The notes under the pieces are model-generated. The model saw nothing but the letters and a program-made list of their open reading frames with translations, was not told where the DNA came from and made no database searches. A program made the translations under genes and the position numbers. From contig CBDCRV010000008.1 in the NCBI GenBank assembly GCA_965221225.1, positions 223,570 to 287,569 of the forward strand: a DNA stretch of 64,000 bases. The letters are read 5' to 3'. How positions within the stretch are numbered: the stretch's first letter is position 1; each line of letters opens with the position of its first letter. Positions 60,618 through 64,000 of this stretch are shown piece by piece. Source of the stretch: Caldilineaceae bacterium. GTDB lineage: Bacteria; Chloroflexota; Anaerolineae; Caldilineales; Caldilineaceae.

Positions 60618-63600
60618 TTACTTGGTCAGCTCAGTTCCTGTTTGGGGCAAGGAAAGCAATTCGAAGAGCCTTTCATTGGACAATTCGGTGAGCCAAGCTT
60701 CCCCGCTGCCCAAGACTTCCTCGGCCAGTAAAGTCTTTTCACGGATCAGACTGTCAATGTGTTCTTCAATGGTCCCAGCTACCATGAATTTGTACACTTG
60801 AACCCGTTTCGATTGGCCGATGCGATGAGCCCTGTCCGTAGCCTGTTGTTCCACTGCTGGATTCCACCAACGGTCAAAGTGGTACACCTGGTTGGCTGCT
60901 GTCAGGTTGATTCCTACGCCTCCGGTACGCAAACTGAGAAGGAGGATTGGCACCTGCTGGCCTCCATTCTGGAAGCGATCCACCATTTCTTGCCGCCGGG
61001 GCAGGTCGACTTTCCCATGAAGGAAGTCCGCTTGGACATCCAGCTTTTCCTGTAGGATTTGCTGCAGGAACATCCCCATCCGAACGAAAGTTGTAAATAT
61101 GATGGCTTTGTTCTTATTGTCTAGGGATTCTTCCAGCATTTCCATTAGCCGATCCAGTTTGCCACTGCGCTGGCTCAGCTCTGCATCGTCCTCTATAAAT
61201 AGGGCAGGATGGTTGGTTATTTTCTTGAGTTTGGTAATGAGAGCCAGAATTGTGCCGCGGCGCCGAATACCTTCCAGACTCTTTAGTCCGGCCCGCGCCC
61301 CAGACACTGCTCCGGCGTAGAGCAGAGTCTGCTCTGGAGAGAGATCGCATGTAACTGTAATCTCCTGTTTCTCTGGCAACTCTGCGACTACGTCAGGATC
61401 TGACTTGAGACGGCGCAATACAAAGGGTTGCACGATTCGTTTCAAGTGCTCCATTCGCTGTCGATCATCCTGGCCTTCTATGGGTCGGATGTAACGTCGG
61501 AAAAAAGTTGTCTGAGTTCCCAGGTAGCCTCTGTTTACGAAATCCAACACGCTCCAAAGCTCTGACAGGCGATTCTCAATTGGAGTTCCGGTCAGGGCAA
61601 TCTTGTGTTGACCAAAAAAAGATCGAATGGCTTGAGCCTGTTGGGTGGAAGCATTCTTGATGTTTTGCGCCTCGTCAATGACCAATGTGTGCCAAATGAC
61701 GCTGCGCAGAATTTCTTGATCCACTCTGGCCGTTCCGAAACTGGTCAGAATGACATCGTACTGCTGCATTTCCGAAAAAAAATATTGTGCGTTTGCCCTG
61801 CGGGGACCGTGGTGCAAATAGGTTCGTATTCGGGGGGCGAATCGCTCAATTTCGCGCTGCCAATTGCGTAGCACACTGGTAGGGCAAATCAAGAGACGTG
61901 GCAAACGACCACGTTTAGTTCGGCTCTGCTCCTGGGCCAAGAATAGGGCAATGGCTTGAACAGTCTTGCCCAAACCCATGTCGTCAGCTAGACATGCCCC
62001 AAGCCCGACCTGATGAAGGTACCAAAGCCAAGCCAGGCCCCGCTTCTGATAGGGCCGCAGTGTCCCAACGAATCCAGGAGGTTCCTCTAGGCTGTCATTC
62101 CGGCTCACGGCTTGAAGACCATGCCAAATCCCTCTCAGTCTCCCTTTGGGAGACTCCATGCTGACTGGAAGGGCAGGCAAACTCAGCCTATCTTTACCTC
62201 CAATGTCGGACCAGGTCCATGCATTTGGTCTAGTTTGGGTATGGGAATGCTCCTGCAGCAACCGCAGTGCCTGGAAGAGGCTGACCTTATGATCTTGAGT
62301 TTCGTGTGCCAAACTAACGCGAGCGGCCTCAATCTGTTTCTCGTTGAACCGCAACCATTGGTCATTCATGTACACCAAAGGCGATTGGGCCTTGGCCAGG
62401 TTTTGTATCTGGCTGTGGGAAAGAACCTCCTGTCCCAAGGCCAACCGCCATTCCAAGGCGAAGGCCTCTTGGTCCTCCGTTTCCAAGCGCGGGCCAGAGG
62501 CCAGATCACCTCTGCGATCTCGCAGCTGCATGACGAGACGCATGTCACTTTGGGTCTGTGGATTCCACCAAACCGGCATTAGAATCTTGAAGCCAGCTGT
62601 GCCAAGAAGGTCGGCACCACTCTCCAGAAACTCATATGCCTCAGCCAATGTCAATTGCAGCGAGCTCGGCACAGCCTTGTTGGAGATACGTCGCAAGGGA
62701 GACCAGAGGCGGCTGGCCGTGCGTAGGCCGGCCAACAGGTGCAAGCCAGGATTGGCCATGGCTTCTGAATCCATTTCCAAGAGGCAATTCTCGAGGGACC
62801 CTGTCCATATCTCCTTGGCTGTTAGGTAAGACTGTCCATGGTTAACCTGCTGGACCCCGAAATCCAAAGTCCATGTAGCTTTCTCTTGTTCCGATTCCTG
62901 GGGAGTTGGAGATTTTAATTCGAAAACCACTTGGGCTTGAGTTTGGTCGAAATAGGCAGCTCGCGATATCCAAGTTTGCCACTGTCGACGAAAAACCAAC
63001 TGCAAGCCTGCTGACACTTGGGAAATTTCCACTGGTTTACCGCCCAGCAATCTGTGCCACAGTTCCCCAGGCGCGGACCAAATCAAGGGAGCTTTCCCGA
63101 TGCCACCCAAATCCTCATGAGTCTGTGCGGCCATCCGTCGTCCCATCTTGACCTCGATGGCGGCGTTGAGGAAGCCGTGCAGGAGCTGCGGCCCATCTAT
63201 TCGACTTTCTAGATTGGGTTCGTACTCAAGATTGACTGTCGGCATGAGGGCCGACAAATGCTGAATGCTGGCTTCCACATCTGGGTCCCCCCGCCATGTT
63301 CTCCAATTCAAGACCAGGTGCTTTTCCTGAGACAACAGCGCAGGCAAAACACAACCGTTCGCAACAAGTGCTCCCGCGAATTCCCAGGCCTTGCACCAAA
63401 ATAGAGTGTCCGTACTCAGTTGGAATTTCTGGCTAGCAGATACCCCCTCTGTCCTGGCCGCCTCCTTGCCTTCTCCAAGAGTTACTTCCTCAGGCAATGT
63501 TAGATTGTCCAATAATTCAAACGCCAATTGGGCCGGTAATTTGACACCAAACACTTGTAGCTTCCGAAGCGGCAACTCCGGCATGGCAGCACGCCCATCG

Positions 63601-63938
63601 CTTTCTGCAGGCACTTGAACCGCGATTTTTTGCAGAGACATATCTTGGAGTGCTGCCCTTGGCAAAATCTGGCGCACTTGAAAACGCAACATGGCAGGTG
63701 GTGTTACGGAGAAAGATTCCTTGTCCGGCCCGAGCACGGAATCCCTTCCCAAGGGTGGGATGGCTTCAAACCAATTTTGTGCCTGAACTTCGCCCCACAG
63801 GAAAAGAGAGCCGGTGGGTTCAGCGGGAAAGGGGGCGAGCCAGGCAGAACGTAGGAATGTAGGCATCAAGAGTGGTGCAGAGGAATTCCATTTGCCCATT
63901 TTGAAACCACAGGCATAGTGGCCTGAGCGCGGGGGCAA
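60618..63938 (-). CDS. SNF2-family (Swi2/Snf2) helicase with an SNF2-associated N-terminal domain
   Basis: LADDMGLGKTVQ (motif I), IDEAQNIKN (II), LTGTPIENRLSELW, and C-terminal GGVGINLTAAN and QATDRAHRIGQ. The long N-terminal region is typical of the YwqA-like bacterial subgroup. ATG 63866 (MPTFLRSAW...LFLWGE) is a likely alternative start. Confidence 0.9.
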   Translation of the reverse strand: MPPRSGHYACGFKMGKWNSSAPLLMPTFLRSAWLAPFPAEPTGSLFLWGEVQAQNWFEAIPPLGRDSVLGPDKESFSVTPPAMLRFQVRQILPRAALQDMSLQKIAVQVPAESDGRAAMPELPLRKLQVFGVKLPAQLAFELLDNLTLPEEVTLGEGKEAARTEGVSASQKFQLSTDTLFWCKAWEFAGALVANGCVLPALLSQEKHLVLNWRTWRGDPDVEASIQHLSALMPTVNLEYEPNLESRIDGPQLLHGFLNAAIEVKMGRRMAAQTHEDLGGIGKAPLIWSAPGELWHRLLGGKPVEISQVSAGLQLVFRRQWQTWISRAAYFDQTQAQVVFELKSPTPQESEQEKATWTLDFGVQQVNHGQSYLTAKEIWTGSLENCLLEMDSEAMANPGLHLLAGLRTASRLWSPLRRISNKAVPSSLQLTLAEAYEFLESGADLLGTAGFKILMPVWWNPQTQSDMRLVMQLRDRRGDLASGPRLETEDQEAFALEWRLALGQEVLSHSQIQNLAKAQSPLVYMNDQWLRFNEKQIEAARVSLAHETQDHKVSLFQALRLLQEHSHTQTRPNAWTWSDIGGKDRLSLPALPVSMESPKGRLRGIWHGLQAVSRNDSLEEPPGFVGTLRPYQKRGLAWLWYLHQVGLGACLADDMGLGKTVQAIALFLAQEQSRTKRGRLPRLLICPTSVLRNWQREIERFAPRIRTYLHHGPRRANAQYFFSEMQQYDVILTSFGTARVDQEILRSVIWHTLVIDEAQNIKNASTQQAQAIRSFFGQHKIALTGTPIENRLSELWSVLDFVNRGYLGTQTTFFRRYIRPIEGQDDRQRMEHLKRIVQPFVLRRLKSDPDVVAELPEKQEITVTCDLSPEQTLLYAGAVSGARAGLKSLEGIRRRGTILALITKLKKITNHPALFIEDDAELSQRSGKLDRLMEMLEESLDNKNKAIIFTTFVRMGMFLQQILQEKLDVQADFLHGKVDLPRRQEMVDRFQNGGQQVPILLLSLRTGGVGINLTAANQVYHFDRWWNPAVEQQATDRAHRIGQSKRVQVYKFMVAGTIEEHIDSLIREKTLLAEEVLGSGEAWLTELSNERLFELLSLPQTGTELTK

Positions 63939-64000
63939 TCGACCAGTATATCACCAGGAATTGGTGCCATACCTTTTGAACTCATTCCCTTTGTTCAGAG

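Overview
This is a densely coding core-chromosome window. Gene content and order look Chloroflexota-like, but that is inference from protein similarity only; no search was run.

Gene map, left to right:
- rpoC and rpoB lie on the minus strand. rpoC is partial and open to the left edge, so it is missing from the stop-to-stop ORF track.
- A 738-bp divergent intergenic region follows.
- A 15-gene division/cell-wall (dcw) cluster lies on the plus strand: rsmH, ftsL-like, ftsI, murF, mraY, murD, ftsW, murG, a cvpA-like gene, murC, murB, ddl, ftsQ, ftsA, ftsZ. It lacks mraZ and murE.
- tRNA-Pro(CGG) follows, with a strong intrinsic terminator.
- Next come greA-lysS (minus), a SAM methyltransferase, rpsF-rpsR, a parvulin PPIase and two aldo/keto reductases.
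- A long minus-strand run (listed by descending coordinate) holds dsbA, a dsbB-cytochrome c fusion, an orphan membrane protein, pth, mfd, an M50 protease, a fused glyQS, a 99-aa orphan, a UvrD-like helicase, two cyclophilins, a 2042-aa alpha-2-macroglobulin-like lipoprotein, an SMP-30 lactonase-like gene and a creatininase-family gene.
- The right end holds an SDR (plus strand), then an SNF2 helicase and a small downstream partner ORF on the minus strand.

I found no rRNA, CRISPR array, transposase, integrase or recognisable defence island. I cannot point to a convincing new multi-gene system.

The most unusual items are single-gene or regulatory oddities:
- a BdbC-type DsbB fused to a monohaem cytochrome c
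- an S18 with a ~150-aa acidic N-terminal extension and no ssb between rpsF and rpsR
- a UvrD-like helicase whose Q-motif lies upstream of any canonical start codon
- an SNF2 gene coupled to a SWIM-like partner that has lost its zinc ligands
- a sigma70-like promoter and long structured leader with an attenuator-like hairpin upstream of rpoB
- an A2M homologue without a thioester motif

All functional calls rest on motifs read by eye.
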